Source: Alphaproteobacteria bacterium | GTDB taxonomy: Bacteria > Pseudomonadota > Alphaproteobacteria > Micavibrionales > SZUA-601 | Assembly (NCBI GenBank): GCA_031412695.1 | Contig: JANODM010000225.1 | Span: 1 to 35,904 of the forward strand | Length of the DNA: 35,904 nt | Reading direction: 5' to 3' | The notes under the pieces: generated by a model | Told to the model about the DNA's origin: nothing | Database searches by the model: none | The model's input: the letters and a program-made list of their open reading frames with translations, nothing else | Position numbers and translations under genes: made by a program | Part shown: piece by piece, positions 1 through 8,379 of the stretch | Layout of the letters: each line of letters opens with the position of its first letter | Position numbering within the stretch: the first letter of the stretch is position 1

Positions 1-1491
1 AAAATTTTAAAAGAGATTACCGAACGTTTATTTTTCTTGGATAATGTCGGACTTTCGTATCTGTCGCTCAGCCGTAAATCGGGCACGTTATCAGGCGGTG
101 AATCGCAGCGAATTCGCTTGGCCTCGCAAATCGGCTCAGGCTTAACGGGCGTATTATACGTCTTGGATGAACCGTCAATCGGTTTGCATCAGCGCGATAA
201 TGATCGTTTGCTCACGACGTTGAAACGCTTGCGCGATTTGGGCAACACGGTGATCGTCGTTGAACATGACGAAGATGCGATCCGTACGGCGGATTATTTG
301 GTCGATATGGGACCTGGTGCCGGCATTCACGGCGGCACGGTCATTGCGGCGGGGACACCGGATGAAGTCTTTGCCAATAAGAAATCCATCACGGCGGATT
401 ATATTATGGGACGCAAATTCATCGCCGTACCTGAACGCCGCGAAGGCCAGAAAGACACGAAAAAAGGCGCCGTCAAAACCATTCGCCTTGAAGGAGCGAC
501 AGGCAATAATTTGCAAAACGTATCCATCGATATTCCGCTGGGGACATTCACCTGCATCACAGGGGTTTCGGGATCGGGCAAATCGACCCTGACGATTGAC
601 ACATTATACGCGGCACTCGCGCAGCGCCTAAACGGCGAGCGCACGCATCCTGCACCGTTCAAAAAAATCACGGGGCTTGATGCGGTCGACAAAGTCATCG
701 ACATTGATCAATCCCCCATTGGACGTACGCCACGCTCAAACCCTGCGACCTATACGGGCGCGTTTACGTTTATCCGTGATTGGTTTGCAGGACTGCCGGA
801 ATCCAAAGCCCGCGGCTATCAGCCCGGACGTTTTTCGTTCAACGTCAAAGGCGGACGGTGCGAAGCATGCCAGGGTGATGGCGTAATCAAAATCGAAATG
901 CATTTTTTACCTGATGTGTATGTCACCTGTGACGTGTGCAAAGGAAAACGCTATGCCCGCGATACATTAGAAGTCTTATACAAAGGCAAATCCATCGCCG
1001 ATGTATTGGACATGACAGTCGATGAAGGCGCGGATTTCTTCAAAGCCGTCCCAAGCATTCGTGATAAAATGGAAACGCTGAAAAAAGTCGGCCTCGGATA
1101 TATTCATATCGGTCAACAAGCAACGACCTTGTCAGGCGGTGAAGCACAACGCGTGAAACTGTCCAAAGAATTGTCGAAACGCGCGACAGGCCGCACGGTA
1201 TATATTTTGGATGAGCCGACGACGGGTTTGCATTTCGAAGACACGCGCAAATTGCTCGAGGTGTTGCAAACGTTGGTCGAACAAGGCAACACCGTCATCG
1301 TCATCGAGCATAATTTGGAAGTGATCAAGATCGCTGATTGGATTATCGATATGGGCCCCGAAGGCGGATCAGGCGGTGGTCAGGTTGTCGCGATGGGTAC
1401 ACCCGAAGATGTGATCAAAGTCAAAGCATCTTACACGGGCCAATATCTGAAACCTCTTTTGATGCGCGATAAGAAAAAGAAAAGCGCTTAA
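1..1491 (+). CDS. uvrA: Excinuclease ABC subunit A, C-terminal ~496 aa (5' end lies outside the window)
   Basis: Frame 1 is open from base 1 ([21 protein letters not shown]). Two ABC signature motifs ([24 protein letters not shown]), Walker [10 protein letters not shown], Cys4 module CEACQGDG...CDVCKGKRY. Stop TAA at 1489-1491. Confidence 0.95.
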   Translation, partial: KILKEITERLFFLDNVGLSYLSLSRKSGTLSGGESQRIRLASQIGSGLTGVLYVLDEPSIGLHQRDNDRLLTTLKRLRDLGNTVIVVEHDEDAIRTADYLVDMGPGAGIHGGTVIAAGTPDEVFANKKSITADYIMGRKFIAVPERREGQKDTKKGAVKTIRLEGATGNNLQNVSIDIPLGTFTCITGVSGSGKSTLTIDTLYAALAQRLNGERTHPAPFKKITGLDAVDKVIDIDQSPIGRTPRSNPATYTGAFTFIRDWFAGLPESKARGYQPGRFSFNVKGGRCEACQGDGVIKIEMHFLPDVYVTCDVCKGKRYARDTLEVLYKGKSIADVLDMTVDEGADFFKAVPSIRDKMETLKKVGLGYIHIGQQATTLSGGEAQRVKLSKELSKRATGRTVYILDEPTTGLHFEDTRKLLEVLQTLVEQGNTVIVIEHNLEVIKIADWIIDMGPEGGSGGGQVVAMGTPEDVIKVKASYTGQYLKPLLMRDKKKKSA

Positions 1492-1497
1492 CTTTTA

Positions 1498-1992
1498 ATG
1501 GCTGCACGGAAACCCTACCTCATCATCGGTCAAGCCAAGGGTGTCACGTGGCAGGACGGGCCGCCGTCGAAATCAAAATTATGGCGGTGGTTTGAAACCA
1601 TTGGATGGACGCAAGAGCGTGCGTTGAAAAAATTTCAGTTCGACGCAATGATCGGCACGGGAACCGCCAAAGCGAAAAAGGGCCGCGTGCCACCAAAGCC
1701 TGAACAAATTGCGGCGTATAAACCTGAATTAATTGCGACGATTGATCGCCTTAAACCGAAACTGATTATCACCGTCGGTGGCTTGGCGGCAAAGCATGTG
1801 TTGAATACGAATGCCGAGTTGGTCGATCTGGTCGGACAATCTTTTGAGATGAAACCGCTTGGTGTTTGTAAAAACAAAACGACCATCATTCCATTGCCGC
1901 ATCATTCGGGTGTCAGTTTATGGCTTAACGCCGCGTCGCACCGCGCCTTGTGGGCGGATGCGATGCAACTGATAAAACAACAAATCGATTAA
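1498..1992 (+). CDS. Uracil-DNA glycosylase superfamily protein (atypical motifs)
   Basis: 164 aa, starting 6 nt after the uvrA stop. N-terminal LIIGQAKGV sits where family 4/5 UDGs have a GEAPG-type motif; C-terminal IIPLPHHSGVS sits where they have the HPS motif. Confidence 0.55.
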   Translation: MAARKPYLIIGQAKGVTWQDGPPSKSKLWRWFETIGWTQERALKKFQFDAMIGTGTAKAKKGRVPPKPEQIAAYKPELIATIDRLKPKLIITVGGLAAKHVLNTNAELVDLVGQSFEMKPLGVCKNKTTIIPLPHHSGVSLWLNAASHRALWADAMQLIKQQID

Positions 1993-2210
1993 GCCGCACG
2001 CTCAAAGCGCTTGATGGTTTGGCCTTCATGGTCCAATTCGCCTGTGAAGATATCCGCATCGCGCACCCAGATTTTTTCAGGGGCGGCAATGTCTTGATAC
2101 ACGACGACTTTTTTTGACGACTCGCCTGTTTCGGCCACTTCGGTTGCGACATGCAAGACCATGTAATGTGCGCCCTTATAATGGCGGTAAATGTGACCGG
2201 GTTGGGGCAT
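1989..2210 (-). CDS. DUF1653-like small protein
   Basis: MPQPGHIYRHYKGAHYMVLHVATEV... matches the YxHYKGxxY signature remembered for DUF1653. I chose the ATG at 2208-2210 over the longer ORF to 2282. Its stop overlaps the convergent UDG-like stop. Confidence 0.55.
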   Translation of the reverse strand: MPQPGHIYRHYKGAHYMVLHVATEVAETGESSKKVVVYQDIAAPEKIWVRDADIFTGELDHEGQTIKRFERAA

Positions 2211-2358
2211 GAGTAAGGAGACTCGAAAGTGAAGGAAAAGAACGGCTTTAGTGTACAACCCGCACCATCCCGCGTCAAACATCTTGCCAAGCCGCGTTTT
2301 GTCTTTTAAGACAAAGGCCTTGATAATTCATAAGCGATTTCAGGACGCCCCCGCCCGC

Positions 2359-3318
2359 ATGATTTCCACTCTTCGCATCGGTACGCGCGCCAGCCGTCTG
2401 GCGATGGCGCAGACCCAATTGACGGTCGACGCGATCAAACGCGTGCGCCCCGATATTGCGATTGAAATTATCACCGCTGTTACGACGGGCGACAAAACGC
2501 AAAGTGCTAATATCAGCTTGCAAAAAATCGGCGGCAAAGGATTATTTGCTGATGCGCTGAATCAGATGATGGATGACGACAAAGTCGATATGATCGTGCA
2601 TTCGATGAAAGACCTGCCCAGTGTACGGCCCGAAAAATATACGATCGCGGCGATGTTGGAACGCGGCGACCCGCGTGATTGTTTTTTGACGCGCCTGCCG
2701 AATATTTCAACGATGAATGATCTGCCGCAAGGCTCTGTTGTCGGCACATCTGCGCCGCGTAGGGCCGCCATGTTGTTGCGCCGTCGTCCTGATCTCAAGA
2801 TCGTCAATTTCCGCGGCAATGTGGATACACGCTTACAAAAACTGCAAGACGGTTTCGAAGATGTCGCGGCCACGTTTTTGGCGCGTGTCGGATTGGTGCG
2901 TATCGGCCTGAGTGATATTCCGCAAACGATTTTAAGCATTGATGAGTTTTTGCCGCCTGCGGGTCAAGCTGCCATCGGCATCGAAGTCATGACGGAAAAT
3001 ACGGAATTACTGGCGTTATTAAAAAATATCGGTTGTGCCAAAACCTATCGCGAAGTGACCGCCGAGCGCGCGTGCTTAGCCGTTGTCGATGGCGATTGCA
3101 AAACGGGAATTGCAGCCTATGCGGTTGAAGAAAACGGCACGATGCATTTGCGTTCGGAAATTTACACACCTGACGGTTCTGAAATGAAATCGGTTGCGGT
3201 GACGGGTGATGCGAAAGATTTCGTCGCTTTGGGTCGTCAAGCGGGTGAAAAACTATTGTCTGATATCGGCGCGGACAATTTCGCACGCTTTCACATGTGT
3301 GTGCCTGCCGATATATAG
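2359..3318 (+). CDS. hemC: Hydroxymethylbilane synthase (porphobilinogen deaminase)
   Basis: LRIGTRASRLAMAQT, GGKGLFADAL, VHSMKDLP, GNVDTRLQKL, and ERACLAVVDGDCKTG (cofactor Cys region). Start taken at ATG 2359 (MISTLRIGTR). Confidence 0.9.
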   Translation: MISTLRIGTRASRLAMAQTQLTVDAIKRVRPDIAIEIITAVTTGDKTQSANISLQKIGGKGLFADALNQMMDDDKVDMIVHSMKDLPSVRPEKYTIAAMLERGDPRDCFLTRLPNISTMNDLPQGSVVGTSAPRRAAMLLRRRPDLKIVNFRGNVDTRLQKLQDGFEDVAATFLARVGLVRIGLSDIPQTILSIDEFLPPAGQAAIGIEVMTENTELLALLKNIGCAKTYREVTAERACLAVVDGDCKTGIAAYAVEENGTMHLRSEIYTPDGSEMKSVAVTGDAKDFVALGRQAGEKLLSDIGADNFARFHMCVPADI

Positions 3319-3324
3319 TTGCAT

Positions 3325-3390
3325 CGTAATCCCGACGAAAGTCGGGATCTAGAATCCAACAAAAAGACCCCGTTTTTCAACGGGGTTACG
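3325..3390 (+). repeat. Bipartite double-hairpin palindromic element, copy 1
   Basis: cgtaatcccgacgaaagtcgggatct-N16-agaccccgtttttcaacggggttacg. Each half is a perfect stem-loop (atcccgac/gtcgggat and ccccgtt/aacgggg). The copy is additionally nested in atctagaa...ttctagat. Confidence 0.75.
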
Positions 3391-3411
3391 TTCTAGATTT
3401 GAAATTTTATT

Positions 3412-3612
3412 TTACTTTTCGTCGAAATTGGCATGACCCGCGACATACGCGTCCAAATCGGTTTCCGCTACACGCCATTCTTTGCCGACTTTGATGGCGC
3501 GCAATTCGTTTTTGCGGATCAATTCGCGGATGGTGCGCTCGTCAACGTTCAGTTGTTGGGCGACATCATGGATCGTCATCATTTTGCAGTTCAGCATGAA
3601 TGCGGTTCCCAT
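3412..3612 (-). CDS. Excisionase-family (HTH_17/MerR-like) DNA-binding protein
   Basis: MTIHDVAQQLNVDERTIRELIRKNELRAIKVGKEWRVAETDLDAYV is the classic excisionase-type winged HTH pattern. The true start may be the internal MM at 3582/3579. Confidence 0.7.
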   Translation of the reverse strand: MGTAFMLNCKMMTIHDVAQQLNVDERTIRELIRKNELRAIKVGKEWRVAETDLDAYVAGHANFDEK

Positions 3613-3800
3613 ACTGGTTTAATGGCTGTTTGTGGCGAGCCGAGTTAAAAAACAACCGTTATACGCAGTTGTGGACGTATATCTACACCCGAGTCCGATA
3701 GGCTGCAAGAAGATTCATGCGGCATTGCAACGAGAATATTTTGCATAATGAATTATGAGCAGAAGACAGCGGGTGGGGAGAGGGGGAATTAAGATACTTG

Positions 3801-3865
3801 CGTAATCACGACGAAAGTCGGGATCTGCTAGACTACACGAGATCCCGTTTTTCAACGGGATTACG
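3801..3865 (+). repeat. Bipartite double-hairpin palindromic element, copy 2 (slightly degenerate)
   Basis: cgtaatcacgacgaaagtcgggatct-N15-gagatcccgtttttcaacgggattacg. Same orientation as copy 1. Confidence 0.7.
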
Positions 3866-3899
3866 GGCGTGATCAGGATGGCAAAAGTAGATAAATTTC

Positions 3900-5726
3900 T
3901 CAATCCGTCGCCAAGATATATTTATACACTTGATACGCTTCCCACACGCGCTGCACGTAATTGCGGGTCTCGTAAAACGGAATGCGTTCGACCCAATCGA
4001 TCCAAGAACGCGGATCAGTATTCGGGTCACCCATGGCGGCCACCCATTTATCGACATTGCCGGGGCCTGCGTTATAGGCAGCCGCCGCTAATGGCACATC
4101 GCCGCCATACCGCGCCAGCATCGATCCCAGATACGCCTGACCCAAGACCATGTTGTGGCGTGGATCAAAAAGCTGCGCCGTACTGCGATGCGCGATGCCT
4201 TTTTTGCGTGCGATATCATTGGCCGTGCCGGGCAAAATTTGCATCAAGCCCATGGCGCGTGCCGGACTTTGCGCATAAGGATCGAACATGCTTTCCTGAC
4301 GAATAATTCCCAACGTCAACGCGGTTTCTACTTCGGCATTACGTGGCACATTCAATTTTGGAAACAGCGCGTCACCGATCAGCTTGTTTTTTTCATAGGC
4401 GGCTTTGGCGGCAGTCAAGCTAACTTTTTCGCTGCGTAAGCTACGCGCAATTGGAATTACCTGGTGCGGCGCATCCTTGTTCTGCGCCAATAACGTGGCC
4501 AAAAATTGATCACGCTCTTTTTCAAAGCCTTTTTTGTGCAAATAGCTTGCGGCGTCGATCAAGGAATGGCGCAAGGATGCGGCGGGGATGCGCGTGTTGC
4601 GTTTAAAGAATGTGGCGTAATACCCGGCGACATCGCCGTCCTTCAAGCCTTGCAACGCATAAGCCGCCATCTGGCCGTAAAACACATGCATATGTTGTGC
4701 AGCGACGCGATAAAATTGTTTAGCGCGTTGCATGTCGCCTGTTTTCGCCGCTGCCATGCCCGCCCAATAATTTGCGCGCGCGACCGAGATCGGCGATTTG
4801 ACGTTTGTGGCCATGCGCATGAAATGACGCAACGCCGTGTCGGCACGATCAAGTCGTGTCAACGCCAACCATCCCGCCAACCATTCCGCATCGGCCAATT
4901 CAGGGCCGGTATCAAAGCCGTGTTTTGAGGCTAGATGATACGCGGTCGGAAAATCGTCACGCTCAAGCGCGCGCCGCGCCAGCAACGATCGTTCTTTCCA
5001 CCACAGAGCAGAATACGTAGCCAGACTTTTGGATGTTGCGCGCGACAACGCAATGGCGGCGCGGCCGTCAAATCCTTTTTGCCGATAATAACGCGCCAGG
5101 TCGAAATTCAATCCCGCATCATTCTGTGACGGCAAATTGACCGTCGCGCGCCCGTCAAGACGTTGCAACGCCAAGCGACTTAGGCCTATCGCACGCGCTT
5201 GGCTGCCGACATAGTTCAATGCTTTTTCCGCACGTTGCGTGTTATTGGCCCATAACAACGCATCCACCCGCGCATGACGCGCCGTGTTCGAGATCCAATT
5301 GCCGTAACGGCCTATGATCGCGTCTTGTTGGGTGGCATTAAACGCCCCCAACGCCCACATATCGTTCAAGAATAATTTGGCGCGTGCCATGTCGCCGTTT
5401 TGGACAAGCGTATTGAAATATAAAAACCGCCCATTATCGCCGACGGGGGGATATTTTCCCAGCCAGGCCAAAATAATGTCCCTTTGAGGTGGGTTGTCGT
5501 TAAGGGCTTGTTCGGCTTGAACGCGTAAAATGGGGGTCTCGGGCCAATCCGGATGCGTGTCGATCAAACGGCGGTATTCCGCAAAGGCATAACACGTACG
5601 AGGGTCCCGCAATCGCAACCAGGCTTCGGTGTCAGCCGAAACGGAAGCACTTGCGAACCGAGGAAACGCAAGTAAAATAATACCGGATGAAATAAGCAGG
5701 CATAACCACAAAAGGCGTCGCATCAT
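3900..5726 (-). CDS. slt: Soluble lytic murein transglycosylase (Slt70-like)
   Basis: Signal peptide MMRRLLWLCLLISSGIILLAFPRFASA, long helical N-terminal region, catalytic SLT domain ESMFDPYAQSPARAMGLMQILPGTA and AAYNAGPGNV. Confidence 0.85.
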   Translation of the reverse strand: MMRRLLWLCLLISSGIILLAFPRFASASVSADTEAWLRLRDPRTCYAFAEYRRLIDTHPDWPETPILRVQAEQALNDNPPQRDIILAWLGKYPPVGDNGRFLYFNTLVQNGDMARAKLFLNDMWALGAFNATQQDAIIGRYGNWISNTARHARVDALLWANNTQRAEKALNYVGSQARAIGLSRLALQRLDGRATVNLPSQNDAGLNFDLARYYRQKGFDGRAAIALSRATSKSLATYSALWWKERSLLARRALERDDFPTAYHLASKHGFDTGPELADAEWLAGWLALTRLDRADTALRHFMRMATNVKSPISVARANYWAGMAAAKTGDMQRAKQFYRVAAQHMHVFYGQMAAYALQGLKDGDVAGYYATFFKRNTRIPAASLRHSLIDAASYLHKKGFEKERDQFLATLLAQNKDAPHQVIPIARSLRSEKVSLTAAKAAYEKNKLIGDALFPKLNVPRNAEVETALTLGIIRQESMFDPYAQSPARAMGLMQILPGTANDIARKKGIAHRSTAQLFDPRHNMVLGQAYLGSMLARYGGDVPLAAAAYNAGPGNVDKWVAAMGDPNTDPRSWIDWVERIPFYETRNYVQRVWEAYQVYKYILATD

Positions 5727-6597
5727 GTCCCACCATCAGAACGAAAAAACAGTATCGGCACAGACTAAAGCGGTGACGGTAAAAGGCCAAGCCCTTACTG
5801 CATTTAAATCCGCGCAAGACGGTTTTACTTTGGTTGAATTGGCGATCAGCATTTTCATCATCGGAATTTTATTAGGCGGTGTTTTATATTCCGAAGAATT
5901 ATACCGCATCGTACAAGTCCGCCGCGTGATGAGCGACATCAACAGCGTTTCCGCCGCGACAAAGGGCTTCCAAGAAAAATACGGCACCGTGCCGGGCGAT
6001 TTCGCGTTGGCAACTACGCGCATTCCGAATTGCACCTTGGCTGTATCCAATTGCTACAGCGGCGACGGCAATGGTTTTGTCGGTCAAGTATATGGCCCCG
6101 GCTCATCGGGTTGGGACCAAGACCAAGCACGTAACGTCAATTTGCCTGAAGTCGAAACGACGATGTTCTTCAAACATTTGGCGTTGGGTAATTTCATCAA
6201 AGGCGTCAATCCGAACTCGAACCCCAGTCAGCCACAATGGGGCGTAACGCACCCTGAATCCTCTGTCGGAGGCGGATTTACCGTGTTTGCCGATACGCAC
6301 AGCGCGGGATCCAGCATCTCGATACGATTGCAATCACGCGTTTATTACGGCGGTATGCCGGGGGTCGACGCGAATAACGAGCGTCCGTTCACCGTCAAAC
6401 AAACCATGTATATGGATACGAAATACGATGACGGTCGTGCCATGGGCGGCGAGATGCGCGGTATTCCATACAACCATCCGAATTATTTCCCGGCCTGCCG
6501 GAAAATCATGCCGATCGGACGCGAGGAATATAACACCGACCCGGCCGATGGCGTGCTCGACAGCAAAGTCTGTCAGTTCCATTATATCTTCCATTAA
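5725..6597 (+). CDS. Type IV pilin / pseudopilin-like protein with prepilin N-terminal cleavage-methylation motif
   Basis: QDG|FTLVELAISIFIIGILLGGVLY matches the class III signal (G-F-T-L-x-E plus hydrophobic helix). A C-terminal Cys pair (PACRKIM...DSKVCQFHY) fits a D-region disulfide. The ATG 5725 start gives a 33-aa leader; GTG 5773 would give a 17-aa leader. Confidence 0.7.
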   Translation: MSHHQNEKTVSAQTKAVTVKGQALTAFKSAQDGFTLVELAISIFIIGILLGGVLYSEELYRIVQVRRVMSDINSVSAATKGFQEKYGTVPGDFALATTRIPNCTLAVSNCYSGDGNGFVGQVYGPGSSGWDQDQARNVNLPEVETTMFFKHLALGNFIKGVNPNSNPSQPQWGVTHPESSVGGGFTVFADTHSAGSSISIRLQSRVYYGGMPGVDANNERPFTVKQTMYMDTKYDDGRAMGGEMRGIPYNHPNYFPACRKIMPIGREEYNTDPADGVLDSKVCQFHYIFH

Positions 6598-6611
6598 TAT
6601 AGACTACGTCC

Positions 6612-7091
6612 ATGACCGCATCCATCCGTGCCAATGGCGATCAAATCGCCGAGAACCGCCGTGCGCGGTTCGATTACGCGATCGCGGATACCTATGAAGC
6701 GGGATTGATCCTGACAGGGTCCGAGGTGAAATCTTTGCGTCAGGGTAAAGGCCAGATCAACTCATCTTTTGCGCATCTAGACCGCGACGGAAGTTTGAAA
6801 ATTTTCGGTATGCATATCGACGAATATACCCAAGCCGGAAAACATCTGCAGCATGACCCGCGCCGTCCGCGCGAGTTGCTGTTGAAACAAAAAGAGATCC
6901 GCAAAATCAGTATCGCCTTGACCCGTGATGGCCTTAGTTTGGTGCCGCTGAAATTGTATTTCAACGCGCGCGGCAAGATCAAATTGCTGGTGGGTTTAGG
7001 CAAAGGCAAAAAGGCCGCCGACAAGCGCGACTCGGTCAAAGAGCGCGATTGGAATCGTCAAAAAGCGCGAACTTTGCGCGAAAACAACTAA
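6612..7091 (+). CDS. smpB: SsrA-binding protein
   Basis: IAENRRARFDYAIADTYEAGLILTGSEVKSLR, NARGKIKLLVGLGKGKKAADKRD; 159 aa. Confidence 0.95.
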   Translation: MTASIRANGDQIAENRRARFDYAIADTYEAGLILTGSEVKSLRQGKGQINSSFAHLDRDGSLKIFGMHIDEYTQAGKHLQHDPRRPRELLLKQKEIRKISIALTRDGLSLVPLKLYFNARGKIKLLVGLGKGKKAADKRDSVKERDWNRQKARTLRENN

Positions 7092-7297
7092 AGGTTTTTC
7101 ATTTTTCTGAATTCAGGATAGGGAATGCAGCGGAATTTTTCGTTGCTTTTCAATGCGCGCGTCAGCCATATTAACTAAAATTTTAGATAAATTACTTGTA
7201 ATTAACGTTTTCCTGTGCTATCTTAATGAAAGATAAACGTTCAACCGAAAGATCGGGAACCACATAGATAAAGACAAAGAAAAAACAGGGGGACGAT

Positions 7298-7480
7298 ATG
7301 GGTAATAATATAGAGGATATGCGTATGAACAATGCTGCCGTTACCGTAGAAGATCCTTTGAACTCAAGTAGCGATCCTGTCGCGGACATGCATAACAATG
7401 GAGAAACGATTGTCATTCATTGTTGCAGTTTAAATCGATTTTTTGGCCGTCGCCCAGCCGCTTTTACCGGCATGGAATAA
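7298..7480 (+). CDS. Hypothetical small protein (60 aa)
   Basis: ATG preceded by cagggggacgat (a GGGGGA Shine-Dalgarno-like run about 5 nt upstream), with a rho-independent terminator about 50 nt downstream. No recognisable domain. Confidence 0.35.
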   Translation: MGNNIEDMRMNNAAVTVEDPLNSSSDPVADMHNNGETIVIHCCSLNRFFGRRPAAFTGME

Positions 7481-7525
7481 AGTTTACCGTCCCAAAACTG
7501 CCCGCTCCTTCTTCGGGTTGTTGTC

Positions 7526-7568
7526 AAAAAACGAGGCTCTTGTCACACACCAAGGGCCTCGTTTTTTC
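7526..7568 (+). terminator. Rho-independent terminator
   Basis: aaaaaacgaggctcttg-tcacacac-caagggcctcgtttttt: an 11-bp stem with one mismatch, followed by a T-run. Confidence 0.55.
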
Positions 7569-7805
7569 ATGAGCTGACGATTAAGAATCGCGTCATAACA
7601 CGCTAAGCTATTAAGACTTAGAGGCTTTTGGCGGCTTTTTTGTCACAAGCCTTACAGTTTTTGGTTAACATAATCAATTTTTGCTTGCAATTAACCATGA
7701 CATAGGCTGATACTGCTGTCGCGGCCTGAACATCGTTTCGAGTCGCCTTGGCGCAATAAACACCGCGCCGATGTTTCAACGATGTGCATAGGAGGCACAC
7801 GCGAA

Positions 7806-8318
7806 ATGACAAACCCAGGAAGAACACTAGCAACACTCGGGCTTTTTGCCTCAACAGCTTTGGTCGCTTGCGGCGGCGGTGGCGGCACTCCGACAGAACC
7901 AAAACCAGTGGAACCGAAGCCTACTCCTCCGACGAATGGCGTCGTTGAAATTAATGCAGACTATGTTGCATTACTAAGACTTCCTCTGAGCATGACTTTC
8001 ATGAGCGGTCAAAAAGAGATTTTGACTGTAATCGAAAACAGCTCCAAAAATGTTACGATTACACGCAAGGGATCAAATGCTGATTTAATTGGCTCTGGTC
8101 CAGCGGCTTGGTCATCTTCAAATATCACCCGTTTTTCAACAAAAGACCAAGAATATGAAATAGCAGAAAACGGTACTCTAAAATATCGTATCAAATTGAG
8201 TGGTGACATGGATGTTACCAGAAAATCAAACGAAACTGTAGATCAGACGCGAAATAGATGGAATGCTTTCTCTAAAGATAGCTCCAGTGGAAGAACATAT
8301 ACATTAGTTCTGCCTTAA
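7806..8318 (+). CDS. Hypothetical lipoprotein
   Basis: AGGAGG 10 nt upstream of ATG 7806. Signal plus lipobox MTNPGRTLATLGLFASTALVAC|GGGGG, then a Pro-rich linker (TPTEPKPVEPKPTPP). Confidence 0.65.
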   Translation: MTNPGRTLATLGLFASTALVACGGGGGTPTEPKPVEPKPTPPTNGVVEINADYVALLRLPLSMTFMSGQKEILTVIENSSKNVTITRKGSNADLIGSGPAAWSSSNITRFSTKDQEYEIAENGTLKYRIKLSGDMDVTRKSNETVDQTRNRWNAFSKDSSSGRTYTLVLP

Positions 8319-8334
8319 TCAGGGTACAAATAGT

Positions 8335-8367
8335 AAAAGGGCGGAGAAATTCTCCGCCCTTTTTTTG
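8335..8367. terminator. Bidirectional rho-independent terminator between convergent genes
   Basis: aaaagggcggaga-aat-tctccgccctttttttg: a perfect 9-bp GC-rich stem flanked by an A-run and a T-run. Confidence 0.7.
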
Positions 8368-8379
8368 TTCTGTATATTT

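Noticed and set aside
3715-4057. ORFs 3715-3903 and 3833-4057 (minus) and 20528-20755 (plus), which contain the peptides PVIPLKNG..DPDFRRDY and NPVEKRGL..DPDFRRDY.
   Set aside because: The shared peptide is simply the translation of the double-hairpin repeat element. These ORFs are artefacts of reading through the repeats.
7092-7780. I looked for a tmRNA (ssrA) gene, including the permuted two-piece alphaproteobacterial form, next to smpB.
   Set aside because: I found no tRNA-like acceptor/T-arm (GGTTCGA-type T-loop followed by CCA) and no ANDN...-type tag frame. Absence judged by eye is not proof; ARAGORN or Infernal should be run.
7618-7902. 94-aa and 65-aa minus-strand ORFs upstream of and overlapping the lipoprotein gene start.
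   Set aside because: They have no SD and basic, Cys-rich sequence with no motifs, and they overlap the well-supported lipoprotein start region.
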